From NCBI GenBank assembly GCA_024704765.1, contig JAKMXF010000340.1:62001-126000 (forward strand): a DNA stretch of 64,000 bases, given 5' to 3'. How positions within the stretch are numbered: position 1 is the stretch's first letter; each line of letters opens with the position of its first letter. The notes under the pieces were generated by a model, which worked only from the letters and a program-made list of their open reading frames with translations, ran no database searches and was not told the origin of the DNA. A program made the translations under genes and the position numbers. The DNA is from Oopsacas minuta (taxonomy: Eukaryota > Animalia > Porifera). This document shows, one piece after another, positions 1-10,546 of the stretch.

Positions 1-232
1 CTTAAGTATGTAATTTCTATAGTTTTTATGTATTCAATTTACTGATATTTATACAAAGAATCTTTAATCCAATATTTGTGCATTATTTTGTATATTATCA
101 AATATATATAAGGCAATGCAAAATATGTATCTATCCCATCTAGGTATTTCACAGCTTTCAGGTAGGTTAAATATTTCTCTAAAAAAGATAAGTATTTGCT
201 ATACACAAATTTAGCTTTATACTTATTACAAC

Positions 233-1858
233 TTATAAATCCTTAAATTTTATTTCTTCTTCACAATTCTTTTCCGCCCAAACATCTAACTGCAACTTCA
301 TAGCAATCAACAACCCTGTGTAAACACACATTATCATGCAACAGGCCAGCAACAATGTTATGACTACTGTCAACCAGCCTGTCAGTACTTCAACTATGCT
401 ATTTGATACACAGGTGTTTCTCGCATGCATATAGCCACTGTATATATCTATACATGAACATTTGAAGGGATCTTCCATTGCTTCGTAGCCATATTCACAG
501 CTACACTCATAGCCTCCGATTATATTTGTGCATATTTGTTCACATTTTGAGGTACCACGTTGGCATTCATTGATATCGATACAATCATCATGATAATTCC
601 TTTCATAACCTTCCTGACATTCACAGCCACAATTTTCTTCTAGATTTGGCTTTAACGGAATCGGAAGAGTTGCATTTTCTGAATCATTCCTTATGAAATT
701 GAGGATATTACACTGTTTTCGCTTTACTAAGTTATTATTGCAGATCTCATTTACATTGCATATCACTATAAAGCATGGATATACTTCTAAGATTCTTTCA
801 GGATTGTATTTATCGCCACAGTTTTCACGAACAAATTGAGTGAGTAAGTATGGAATCATAGCAATATAACAATATATATCATTCCCAAACGCAAACCAAG
901 CATTTTCACAGCTACATTCTAGCATATTTCCTGATAGATCGATATACGGTTCAGACATGTAGTGGATTGTTGGTGGTATAATTGAGTAATTGTTTGATCT
1001 GATTCCCAAATGCGTGATATCTGGGATATTTATCAACGTGTCTAGCGGGAAATGCGGATTGCGACTCAGTAAAAGTGTGTGAATACCATTTAAAAATCCT
1101 CTGAAGGATCCCTGGTAAACGTATTTTATATTATTACCGCTTAATTCTAGTGTCGTCAGGTTCATTCCTTTGAATACATCAAAAGGTATCAGTCTTATAT
1201 GGTTATCGCTGAGATCAAGATATGTTAGATTCTTAAGTGATGTGAATGCTGTTTTGGATATCTTTTTTATACCCGCATTCGAAATAGTCAACTCGGTTAG
1301 ATTACCCATTCCCTTAAACCAACTGCTTGTTATGATGGATTTACTAAATTCACTTTTCGCGTCTTGCGGCTTGTCATACCTTAAATGAATGTGTGTTAAT
1401 TTCCCAAATTTCATTAATTTCGAACCAAACGGATTGTTTTTTCCATAAAACGTTAATTTTTCAAGATTCGGGAACATGACTTCGATGTTTTCTGAAAATA
1501 TGAATAGACACACTCCAAATATTTCCACTTCGTTAATCGTACCTGTCAGTTCTTTACTAATATTCACATAAACTAGTTTCTCAACATTACATTCTAGAGT
1601 TAATCTTCTCAATGGCTCCAATTGATTAACATGAATCAACTGGTTATCATCTACAACACTTCCTTCATCTTGTATATATCTGGCATAAATGTATAGATGC
1701 CCTAATTCATCTGGATAGCAATTCTCACTAGGTATTCTGAAAAATTTCGTATCTGCATTGCATCTCTGTTCCGACAGATCTGGATTTGAGCCCTGGCAAT
1801 TTGTTCCATCCACATGTAATAGAAAGATTATAATGCCCAAAACCAGGAATTTATTCAT
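233..1858 (-). CDS. LRR-EGF type I transmembrane receptor, paralogue 1 (most divergent), intronless, 541 aa
   Basis: Signal peptide (MNKFLVLGIIIFLLHVDG); LRRs such as LKNLTYLDLSDNHIRLIP and LTTLELSGNNIKYV; LRR-CT (GNMLECSCENAW); calcium-binding EGF (DINECQRGTSKCEQICTNIIGGYECSC); hydrophobic TM near the C-terminus; very short tail. Confidence 0.88.
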   Translation of the reverse strand: MNKFLVLGIIIFLLHVDGTNCQGSNPDLSEQRCNADTKFFRIPSENCYPDELGHLYIYARYIQDEGSVVDDNQLIHVNQLEPLRRLTLECNVEKLVYVNISKELTGTINEVEIFGVCLFIFSENIEVMFPNLEKLTFYGKNNPFGSKLMKFGKLTHIHLRYDKPQDAKSEFSKSIITSSWFKGMGNLTELTISNAGIKKISKTAFTSLKNLTYLDLSDNHIRLIPFDVFKGMNLTTLELSGNNIKYVYQGSFRGFLNGIHTLLLSRNPHFPLDTLINIPDITHLGIRSNNYSIIPPTIHYMSEPYIDLSGNMLECSCENAWFAFGNDIYCYIAMIPYLLTQFVRENCGDKYNPERILEVYPCFIVICNVNEICNNNLVKRKQCNILNFIRNDSENATLPIPLKPNLEENCGCECQEGYERNYHDDCIDINECQRGTSKCEQICTNIIGGYECSCEYGYEAMEDPFKCSCIDIYSGYMHARNTCVSNSIVEVLTGWLTVVITLLLACCMIMCVYTGLLIAMKLQLDVWAEKNCEEEIKFKDL

Positions 1859-2697
1859 TCTGCTAAAATCACTATTTTGTCAGGATCAAATTTTTTATTG
1901 AATTTAATTAATCTCTTTATACACCTTTCTGCACTATAGCGTTTATATATCTAATGAACTTTAGCTGTTTCTTTGTCTGAAGAATTCTGTGTGTTAATTA
2001 AAAGGATTTTTAGTGTTTTATGATTTCATTTCACATTTAAAAATTCTGCAAATGAACCTGCTACAAAGATGAATTTATTACATCCATATATGATTGTATC
2101 CACTTTGAAATATACAACACAGTTAAAATATACTTGGATTACAAACGTGGGATGTAGTCAAACATTTTCACTGAATCATAGTTTTCCGTACATAAATCTT
2201 TACAATATTCATATTCTCACTACTACAATTCTTTAACAAACTTTTTTGGACTGATATCGGTATCTTGTTGTTGCCAGTAGTATTCACATTGGAAATGATT
2301 AAATTGAATTCTAGTGTAATTGGACGTCATCTATGACGTAATTACCAACGTTATATGATTTAATGTATATCCCATTTTCATAAACAATTTGAGAATGACT
2401 TGAAACTTGATAATGGTCAATTGATGTACTTTTCAATATACCTCATTTGCATCATAAAGCCATTGACCAGTTGGAAAGTACTTCCGGATTCCTAACAGCA
2501 AATGCGAAGATAATACTGGACCACACAACTAATTTAATTTGTAGATACAAAAATTCACTCTGACTAAATATGAATACAGAGCATAGAGATAGTAAGTATC
2601 TATTATACATTACTGGGGAGGCCTACATATACATACTATGAGGGTTAACCTATAGTTAAATCCCTGAGATAGTCAATGTTAATAGCAAACTTGCAGA

Positions 2698-5088
2698 TCA
2701 GTTTATCTGGTGTTTCGCTATTTCGTCCGGCACGATTCCTGGATATCCTTCTGCCAAATAGCTGGAGAATTTCTTTTCCTTTGGTTCAAATTCTGCGCCA
2801 GAAGGATCTTTGACTTCATATAGATTTGTTGCTCCCTCCCCATAATTATAAGGTGATTCCTTACTATTGTCGTTTCTGTAGATTTGGGGCTGTTCTATTT
2901 CTTCTTCTGTTAAGAAACCCTGTACTTTGTTATCCTTTCTAACAAAGTAAATAAATACTGTGATCAACATAAATATTAGAAAAGCATTGGCGATTAATGA
3001 AATGACCAAGAGAAATACTGTTGGTATGACCCAATGAGATCCAGTTTGTACAGGCATATATGGATTTGTTCCTTGTATATCAACGTTTGGACAAGAAAGA
3101 TTGTAAATGGAAAGGTTGAACCCACCTTGGCAATAGTATTTGCTCTCCAGGGCATTAATGCAACTATCACCCACCAATTCGCATTCTATGCCTTCTTCAC
3201 AATGAGTTTCATTGATCAATTTATGTCCGTACTCACAATAGCACTCAAATGAGCCTATTGTATTCCTGCATCCAAACTGACATCCTCCATTCCATATCTG
3301 GCACTCGTTTACGTCATCGCAATCATAACCGTTAGTTGCTAGCTTGTATCCTTCTTCACACATGCAACGGTATGAACCTTCCGTGTTCTCACACGTGTAT
3401 ACACAAATAGCCTCAACACATTCATCAACATCCTTGCATTCACCTGAATTATGCAATGAATATCCTATTGGACAGCTAGTTGGTCTTTCTGTTGTTTGTG
3501 TTGTCGGCACAGGGGTGCTTTGGCATATCAGATTGGTGAGTGTAAGGTTGAATCCTCCCTGGCATGTGAAAAGGTTCTCCCTGTAACCTCTACTATCGAC
3601 TACGTCACACAGGACATCGCTTTCACAATGAGTTTCATTCATCAGCTGGTGGCCATAATCACAATAACACTGGAACGAACCAATAGTATTTCTACATCCA
3701 AACTCACATCCTCCATTCCATTCCTGACATTCATTAACATCATCGCAATCATAACCATTAGTACTTAGTTTGTATCCTTTATCACATACGCAATAGAACG
3801 ACCCGTCCGTATTTTCACAGGTCTGTGTACAATTATTTATCTCATCGCATTCATCGATATCTCCACATTGAGCTATGGCATTCAATTCATATCCCATAGG
3901 GCAGTCACAGTAATAGCCTTCTTCTGTATTATGGCATATCTGGTGAATAGGACATGCAATAGACTTGTCGAAGCACTGAAGTGATTCAGACTGCGTGCAA
4001 TTTACATACAGCTGGGGATTAGTAATATCCTCATGGAATACATTATGTGGTTCAAAACATTCTCCAGAGAAAATATCAATGCCATATTGGGATACACGTG
4101 ACGCCCAAGCTAAATTGCAATCACATACAAATGGGTTGTCCAAATACACTGTGCTTAATGCGTTCATTTGTTGGAAAATAATCGAATCGAGTGTGTGGTA
4201 GTCGTTAAACTGAATATATAGCTGTACGACGGATTTTGTATGTAAAAGTGCTTCAATAGGAAATTCCCGATTCTCAGATATGCTCAGATACGTCAGCTGA
4301 TTTAAACCTACGAAAATGTTCTTCGAAACCAACTTGATTCGATTATTTGCTAGCGAAAGTAATTGCAAATTCGACAATCCAGTGAATGCCCCATCTTCAA
4401 TAAATCTTATTTTATTAGAATCCAAGTTCAAATATCTCAACATTATCAAGTTATCGAATGCATCTTCAGTGATGCCATTGAAATACGACGAAACCATGTA
4501 TAAAACACTCAAGTTTGTTAACCCACTGACGATTGTGTTGTCGAACGTATGTGAACCTGGACCGCTTACCCTAGCGTAAAGGAAAGTCAAAAATTGTAGA
4601 TTTGTAAAAGAGGGTGTTGTTTTTGATATGAGGTTAAATACGAATAAATTCTGGAGACCTGTGTAGTAGTTGAAGAAGTTATGTGATTCAATTTCAACAT
4701 TATTCCGACAAAATAACCTCGTTAAGCCAGAATTTAAACTGGATGTAGTTAACCTGAAGTGATCTTGATCTCTGATATTAAATAGGAAAACTTGTCGTAT
4801 ATTTGACGGCAATTCTAGGTCGAGAATCAAATTTCCGAATTTTGTTGAAACATAGCTTTTGTAGATATACAAATTTTCATACTTCCCGTTCTCGCTACTG
4901 CAATTTTTCAACATCACTTTGATCAATTCCGTATCATTACTGGTAATGAAACATCTGAGAAAGTTTTGTCTATTATTGTTACAATAACCTGCTCCCACAG
5001 TTATGCAACTCATAGCTTCGACAGCTGCATAATAATACAAACATGTCAATAATCCTAAAAACAGGCAGACATTACCAATTTTCTTCAT
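2698..5088 (-). CDS. LRR-EGF type I transmembrane receptor, paralogue 2, with internally duplicated cbEGF module, intronless, 796 aa
   Basis: Signal peptide; LRRs (LRYLNLDSNKIRFIEDGAFTGLSNLQLLSLANNRI); LRR-CT (DNPFVCDCNLAW); four clear cbEGFs (DIDEC, DVNEC, DVDEC, DVNEC); TM (WVIPTVFLLVISLIANAFLIFMLITVFIYFV); Tyr-rich tail. Confidence 0.9.
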   Translation of the reverse strand: MKKIGNVCLFLGLLTCLYYYAAVEAMSCITVGAGYCNNNRQNFLRCFITSNDTELIKVMLKNCSSENGKYENLYIYKSYVSTKFGNLILDLELPSNIRQVFLFNIRDQDHFRLTTSSLNSGLTRLFCRNNVEIESHNFFNYYTGLQNLFVFNLISKTTPSFTNLQFLTFLYARVSGPGSHTFDNTIVSGLTNLSVLYMVSSYFNGITEDAFDNLIMLRYLNLDSNKIRFIEDGAFTGLSNLQLLSLANNRIKLVSKNIFVGLNQLTYLSISENREFPIEALLHTKSVVQLYIQFNDYHTLDSIIFQQMNALSTVYLDNPFVCDCNLAWASRVSQYGIDIFSGECFEPHNVFHEDITNPQLYVNCTQSESLQCFDKSIACPIHQICHNTEEGYYCDCPMGYELNAIAQCGDIDECDEINNCTQTCENTDGSFYCVCDKGYKLSTNGYDCDDVNECQEWNGGCEFGCRNTIGSFQCYCDYGHQLMNETHCESDVLCDVVDSRGYRENLFTCQGGFNLTLTNLICQSTPVPTTQTTERPTSCPIGYSLHNSGECKDVDECVEAICVYTCENTEGSYRCMCEEGYKLATNGYDCDDVNECQIWNGGCQFGCRNTIGSFECYCEYGHKLINETHCEEGIECELVGDSCINALESKYYCQGGFNLSIYNLSCPNVDIQGTNPYMPVQTGSHWVIPTVFLLVISLIANAFLIFMLITVFIYFVRKDNKVQGFLTEEEIEQPQIYRNDNSKESPYNYGEGATNLYEVKDPSGAEFEPKEKKFSSYLAEGYPGIVPDEIAKHQIN

Positions 5089-5462
5089 AACAAATGTGAC
5101 TTCTTTTTAAAATTTTGCAATGTATTTGGAAAAACAGATATTTCACATATGCCAAAGTTCTTCGTATTTATCATTGATATTCTGTGATTGGCATATCTAC
5201 ACCCATTATGTATTAATTATTCTAACAAATTGGTTAGATGATTAAATATATTTACCATAGTTTTAAGAAAATCGAAATGAGATTGAATGAAAACTGAATA
5301 TATTTTCAATTCTCCCCAATATATTAAGCTTTCACAAGCCATCTGCCATTCCAGTTAAAATGATAATGGAGGTTAGATACGATATTTTTCAAGATAATGT
5401 ACAAACTTGGGGTTATGATAGAGATAGCTAAATAATGGTGAAATATGTGGAAAACAATTACA

Positions 5463-7232
5463 TTATAAACTTGTATTTTCAACAGATTCCGTTATTGGAT
5501 CTTCGCTAGCTAACTGTTGGTAACCCTTCCCTTTCCCTTCGGATGAATCAGGGACATCAACCGGCTCTTCAGCTGGTAATTGTTGATACTCTTTCGACGC
5601 TTTTTCTTGAGGTACTTCTTTAACTTCTAAGCTTTCATCTGGTATTACAGAAGGTACGTTAGATTCCTCTTCATTACGAATAGATATAACTGAAACGGTT
5701 TTTCTCGCTCTCTGTCTTTCCTTCTTTACTTTCATAAACAGACAAAACCTCACGATGAATGGGAAAAGTAAGCAAGCAAGCACGAGTATTACAGTAACGA
5801 TTAAGGCCCATATGAAAAAAATTAGATGGCAATAGAATGGAATAGTTGTGGGTGGACTTGGAGTTGGAGATACGACACATTTCTTCCTGTTATTTCGCGA
5901 CATTTTGTAACCATCCTTACAAAGGCACTCATAACCACCTACCGTGTTCATACAGGTCTGCATACAGCCTCCATTATCAATAATACATTCATTTCTATCT
6001 TCACAATTACCTTTGGCATTTTCCATGTAACCTTCAGGGCAAATACACTCAGAACCATCTACAGTATTTTGGCACAGCTTATCGTCTGGGCATGAAATAC
6101 TCTTGTTGAAACAGGAAAACTGTTCATTGTCGCATTCAGAGTATAGCTCAAAACTTGTAATAGGTAATCCTATACCCAATATTGGATTTTCGCAAAGTGC
6201 GCCATTTATCGTGACACCATACTGTGAAACGAACGCTGCCCACTGCATTTTGCAATTACAATTGAATGGGTTATCAAGGTATAATATTTCCAAGTTAGTC
6301 AGCTGTTGCAGAATTTCAGGGCCAAGAAAAGTATACCCGTTATTGTTTAAGTATAATTTCTTGACTGATTTAAATGCAAGAATGTTTTCAAGGGAAAATG
6401 TTGGGTTTTTGCTTAAATCTACGGTAGTTACATTTTCAAGGCCATCAAATGCTTTTACAGAAGCAGTTTTGATGTCGTTGCCTTCAAGATTCAAATCTTC
6501 CAAACTGTTCAAGTCACTGAATACGTCATCATCCAGCTGTTCAATACGATTTTCATGGAGAGATAGTGTTGTTAAGTTTGAGAGACCTTTCAATGCATTT
6601 GCCGCGATTTTTTCGAAATTCGAGTTAGTCAAATCTAAATTTACTAAATTCTCTAAACCACTGACCATATCTACCGTCAACGTTTTATCACCCAAAACAT
6701 AAAGTTGTAACTCTAGATTAGTTAAAAATTGCAAATTTGTGAATGATGGTGTCTCAGTTGAAAATATGAAACTACCTGAATAGCTGCTGCTGATAGTTTT
6801 CAATTTTGGGAAGTTGTTGAAAAAATCATTAGAATCGAGGAAGAAACGACCTTGAACATACGAAAACCTCAAATACGTTAATTCAGGTGCATTAACCGAT
6901 TTTAATCGTATATAATCGTTATCAGCATTGTTTCCTAGGTGAAGATTCTGTATACCAGGGCCTAGATCGAATTCAATGAGTAGGTCGCCACCCGTGGAAG
7001 CGTAATTCTTGAAAACGTTCAGCGTATGCACCAATGTATTGTTACTAGTACAATTTCTTAGCAGAGCAGTTACTGAATTCGTAACCGTATTGTTGTTGAT
7101 GTAACAATTTAGATAATTTGTCGCATTATATTGTAAACAAAATCCAGCATCATTTGAGCAGATCGCAATCTGAGAAAATGCAAGGTTGTAGCAAAACAGT
7201 TGAATGAAAAGTATTATGTAAATTCGGCTCAT
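5463..7232 (-). CDS. LRR-EGF type I transmembrane receptor, paralogue 3, intronless, 589 aa
   Basis: Signal peptide; LRRs (LSNLTTLSLHENRIEQL, LEDLNLEGNDI); LRR-CT (DNPFNCNCKMQW); EGF and cbEGF (DRNECIIDNGGCMQTC); TM; acidic tail with two YQQL motifs, ending in TSL. Confidence 0.9.
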   Translation of the reverse strand: MSRIYIILFIQLFCYNLAFSQIAICSNDAGFCLQYNATNYLNCYINNNTVTNSVTALLRNCTSNNTLVHTLNVFKNYASTGGDLLIEFDLGPGIQNLHLGNNADNDYIRLKSVNAPELTYLRFSYVQGRFFLDSNDFFNNFPKLKTISSSYSGSFIFSTETPSFTNLQFLTNLELQLYVLGDKTLTVDMVSGLENLVNLDLTNSNFEKIAANALKGLSNLTTLSLHENRIEQLDDDVFSDLNSLEDLNLEGNDIKTASVKAFDGLENVTTVDLSKNPTFSLENILAFKSVKKLYLNNNGYTFLGPEILQQLTNLEILYLDNPFNCNCKMQWAAFVSQYGVTINGALCENPILGIGLPITSFELYSECDNEQFSCFNKSISCPDDKLCQNTVDGSECICPEGYMENAKGNCEDRNECIIDNGGCMQTCMNTVGGYECLCKDGYKMSRNNRKKCVVSPTPSPPTTIPFYCHLIFFIWALIVTVILVLACLLFPFIVRFCLFMKVKKERQRARKTVSVISIRNEEESNVPSVIPDESLEVKEVPQEKASKEYQQLPAEEPVDVPDSSEGKGKGYQQLASEDPITESVENTSL

Positions 7233-8138
7233 TGGTTCGAAATTGATTTATAAAAAATATATTTGTATTTATATTAATTAAATGATCACGTGTTTAACTT
7301 GCTAGACGATATTATTGGCGCTAATTTTACGCAGTTGAAACATTAGCTGCCTGTTTTTGCTATGTTCACTGTGTATAACATGATCATAAAGCCAAATATT
7401 TTACAAGTGGCCGTTTATTTTGTCAGTTCATCTAATATCTGTGTGATTTATATATTGCATAAAATCTGCTTGATTGCATTTACCATATCTGTTTGATTAT
7501 AGCTTTTTAGCACTTTCTTGCAATTGAATATTTGATTACTTGTTTAATGATCTTATTTTACAAATTTGATATAACAGTACTATTTAACAACCCATTTACA
7601 TTCATCACTATCCAGTAATGAGGACATCTTGCAGAATCTTCTACAATGTTACTGATTTGCTGAATTTATCTGATTTGGTGGCTAAAATTTATGTTCGTGA
7701 CGAAACCGATTAAAATGTACCCACACAAAATTCCTAATTTTTATAGACCCATTTTAAATGAATTCAATTTATATTCTATGCTGTTGCACATATTGTAATG
7801 TTTTTCGCTGCTTTTTAAACAATATATTTCTACAAACGTAATCTTTAGTTAGTAATGGTACAATTTTGCATTAGAAACCATTTCTTTCACAAAATTTCCG
7901 ATTTGTTGAATCCACCTAAAATACATCATAATTCATAGAAAATCTCATATTACTATTTTAATTAGTCTCTCCCCCAATGAAATGTATACCATTTTGAGGA
8001 TTATTATATTTTCTATGAAGTTGGTCAAATTGCCTTTCTTCACTTGAGCAAACAGTTTGGGAGAATATAGATAAGTGTATCAGTATATGCCTAAGTTTAT
8101 TAGTATATTAACTGAATTTTAGATTGTTTTCAAGTAAA

Positions 8139-9917
8139 ATGTTATTTTCTAGTACTTTTGTTCTGCTCTTGTTGTCTTTATTGACAGTTCCACGTTGTCA
8201 AACACGAAATTGTTTTGGGATAGAATGTATTTCTTCTTCTTTCCACACAAACTGTGAATTAACTCAAAGTTCGAGCTATTACATGACAGACATTAATGCC
8301 TGTTTGAATAGGACATCTTCACGTATACTAACTATTAGTAAAAACATTTCCAGTGAGATAGTTTTAATTTTAAACTCACCTGTAGGAAGTGACAGATTGT
8401 ATTTTCAAAATATAGATCCCATTGATAGATTTGTTATCAGGTCTAGCGTTCATCACCTTAGTGTTGGATCAATTTATTTCAGCAAGTATGAATTCTATCT
8501 TGATCAACCAGACAATTTTTTCGCTTATTTTCCTCAGGTTAACTCTATCGTAACGTCTAATTCATACCTAACCTTCGGATTCCGTCCATCATTCAGTAAA
8601 CTAAGTTTCCTGCGGTATCTAGATTTGACTGCTTCAGACCCAAACGGAGATTATGAGATATTGACGCCCGATATGTTAGGAAATCTTTCTCTGGCTCATT
8701 TAAAGTGGAGTGGTAGTCTCAAAGCTATAGAAGCTGGGGCCTTTGATGGTTTATCGGATTTACAAACTTTAGACTTGTCAGGAAACCAAATTACAGCACT
8801 TCCAGGCGATCTCTTTACACAAACTGAGCAAATTCGCAGCATCAATCTCAATCGAAATATGATAAAATCCTTGAGTATCGATATATTTAACAACTTGGAT
8901 GAAATTAGCACAATCTCCATTGATAACAACCCAAATTTTCTATATGATTCATTACAAAGACTGAGTACAATACAAACCATCTCTTTGAGGTTCAATTCTT
9001 ACACAACCTTAGATCCATTCGTTTTCCAACAATTGCATAAATTAACAGAGGTGAATTTAGAAGGAAATCCGTTTGTATGTGATTGTGACCTCCGCTGGGT
9101 GTTGTTCATGGCATCTTCAGGCGTTGATATCATTGGCGGCACATGCTTCAGTCCATCGGCGGTATACATGACCAATATTACCGATGAACATCTATATTCT
9201 GGCTGTCCAACATTCAAGACATATCCCTGCTTCGACAAGTCAATAACCTGTTCGAGAACTGATTTTCTATGTCATAACATTGGAGATGAATATCTATGTA
9301 GCTGCCCAGTGGGCCTAGCTCTTACACATACGAATGAATGTGTTGACATTAACGAGTGTACAGCTTCTGGTACAAATACCAAATGCGAGGTAAATTGCAT
9401 CAACTCCATTGGTTCATATCAATGCACATGTGACAGTGGATATCGATTGGAATTGAACGGTTGGTCATGCGAGGATATCAATGAGTGTCGTGTCGATAAT
9501 GGCGGTTGTATCGGTGGCTGTCGAAATGTCCCTGGAAGTTATATATGCTATTGTGAATCAGGGTATATGGCTGTGAATGCTACTGGTTGTGAGAGAGACA
9601 TCACTGAATATTTATATATTACATGGGGTTCGATAGTGAGTGTGTTTTTGCTGCTTCTGCTAGTAATCTTGGTAACAATATGTATATTTTTATGTTATAT
9701 TAAATGTAGTGGCAAACCCTCAGTGAAGTTTTTAGAACAACGTCCGCTGTCGACTACACCATCAAGTTACACTCGTATGGAATCTGTGAAGCCTGACGTC
9801 CCCCCGAATCGCCCCCGTTTGCCTCCAACTAAGGAAGGTTCTAGAACTGATATTGGTCGTCAGCTATCACAGCCTATTGTACATGAAGAACTTACTTATG
9901 AGGCATTTGACCTTTGA
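8139..9917 (+). CDS. LRR-EGF type I transmembrane receptor, paralogue 4, intronless, about 592 aa
   Basis: First ATG is at 8139 (the track starts at an upstream TTG). Signal peptide; LRRs (LQTLDLSGNQITALP); LRR-CT (GNPFVCDCDLRW); two cbEGFs (DINEC twice); TM (IVSVFLLLLLVILVTICIFLCYI); Pro-rich tail. Head-to-head with paralogue 3. Confidence 0.9.
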   Translation: MLFSSTFVLLLLSLLTVPRCQTRNCFGIECISSSFHTNCELTQSSSYYMTDINACLNRTSSRILTISKNISSEIVLILNSPVGSDRLYFQNIDPIDRFVIRSSVHHLSVGSIYFSKYEFYLDQPDNFFAYFPQVNSIVTSNSYLTFGFRPSFSKLSFLRYLDLTASDPNGDYEILTPDMLGNLSLAHLKWSGSLKAIEAGAFDGLSDLQTLDLSGNQITALPGDLFTQTEQIRSINLNRNMIKSLSIDIFNNLDEISTISIDNNPNFLYDSLQRLSTIQTISLRFNSYTTLDPFVFQQLHKLTEVNLEGNPFVCDCDLRWVLFMASSGVDIIGGTCFSPSAVYMTNITDEHLYSGCPTFKTYPCFDKSITCSRTDFLCHNIGDEYLCSCPVGLALTHTNECVDINECTASGTNTKCEVNCINSIGSYQCTCDSGYRLELNGWSCEDINECRVDNGGCIGGCRNVPGSYICYCESGYMAVNATGCERDITEYLYITWGSIVSVFLLLLLVILVTICIFLCYIKCSGKPSVKFLEQRPLSTTPSSYTRMESVKPDVPPNRPRLPPTKEGSRTDIGRQLSQPIVHEELTYEAFDL

Positions 9918-10546
9918 TTGTGTAATTATTTTATTTTTGTTTTCATACTTTTTGCCTAATTTGTGATTTTTGAATACTTTTGACTCTGAATGTTTATGTA
10001 TACGTATAATGTTTTTCTTGATTAAAGCTCTTTGATATATTTATAGCACTACCAATTAGGACTACTGCGGGCTGAGTGTATAAAAATCTAAAAATGCAAT
10101 CTGTGCTAACAGCATAAAATATCCATTAAATTTATGGTTACACTTTCATTCGAGGCACTAAGTGTGTTTGTGATTTTATGTATCAGAAACTGCAATTTAA
10201 GCGAGCAAAAAATATAAATTACGATCTGTGCCGACAGCATAATATATACATTGAATTTATAGTGGCAATTGAGGCACTAAGTGTATTGGAGTTAAAATTA
10301 TTTATTATTAGTGCCTCCAATAAGATGATTATCCGGCTTTCATGGGCCGGCACTATTTCCTGCATGGACTCTCCTGGGATGGTAACACATTAGTCCTATG
10401 TTGATTTGATTCTTACGGTAGGCACTTTGTGTCTTTCATGGCTTCAGAGCTGTCACTTTTTAGTGCCCGCCAAGCACCTAGATACACCCCTGACTGCAAT
10501 CTGGGTATTGACATTTATTTGTTATTTACTAGTTCTGTTTATTTCT

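Noticed and set aside
2327-2342. CRE-like ACGTCA/TGACGT pair upstream of receptor 1, and similar sites elsewhere
   Set aside because: Short motifs expected by chance; they cannot be supported without conservation or binding data.
1170-9238. Short antisense ORFs over the LRR genes (for example 1170-1388, 3344-3586, 6103-6702, 8696-8995)
   Set aside because: Shadow frames of real CDSs with no independent motifs; similar shadows overlap NEK1, CATSPER3, MFSD1 and HAUS4.
233-9917. Calling the LRR receptors Toll-like receptors, Slit or vasorin
   Set aside because: No TIR domain in any tail; membrane-anchored with a single LRR block (unlike Slit); no FN3 domain (unlike vasorin).
10406-10546. Hydrophobic N-terminal extension of the 10406 ORF suggesting a membrane protein
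   Set aside because: It starts at TTG; the first ATG, at 10547, gives the BRAP N-terminus, and the upstream part is T-rich non-coding sequence.
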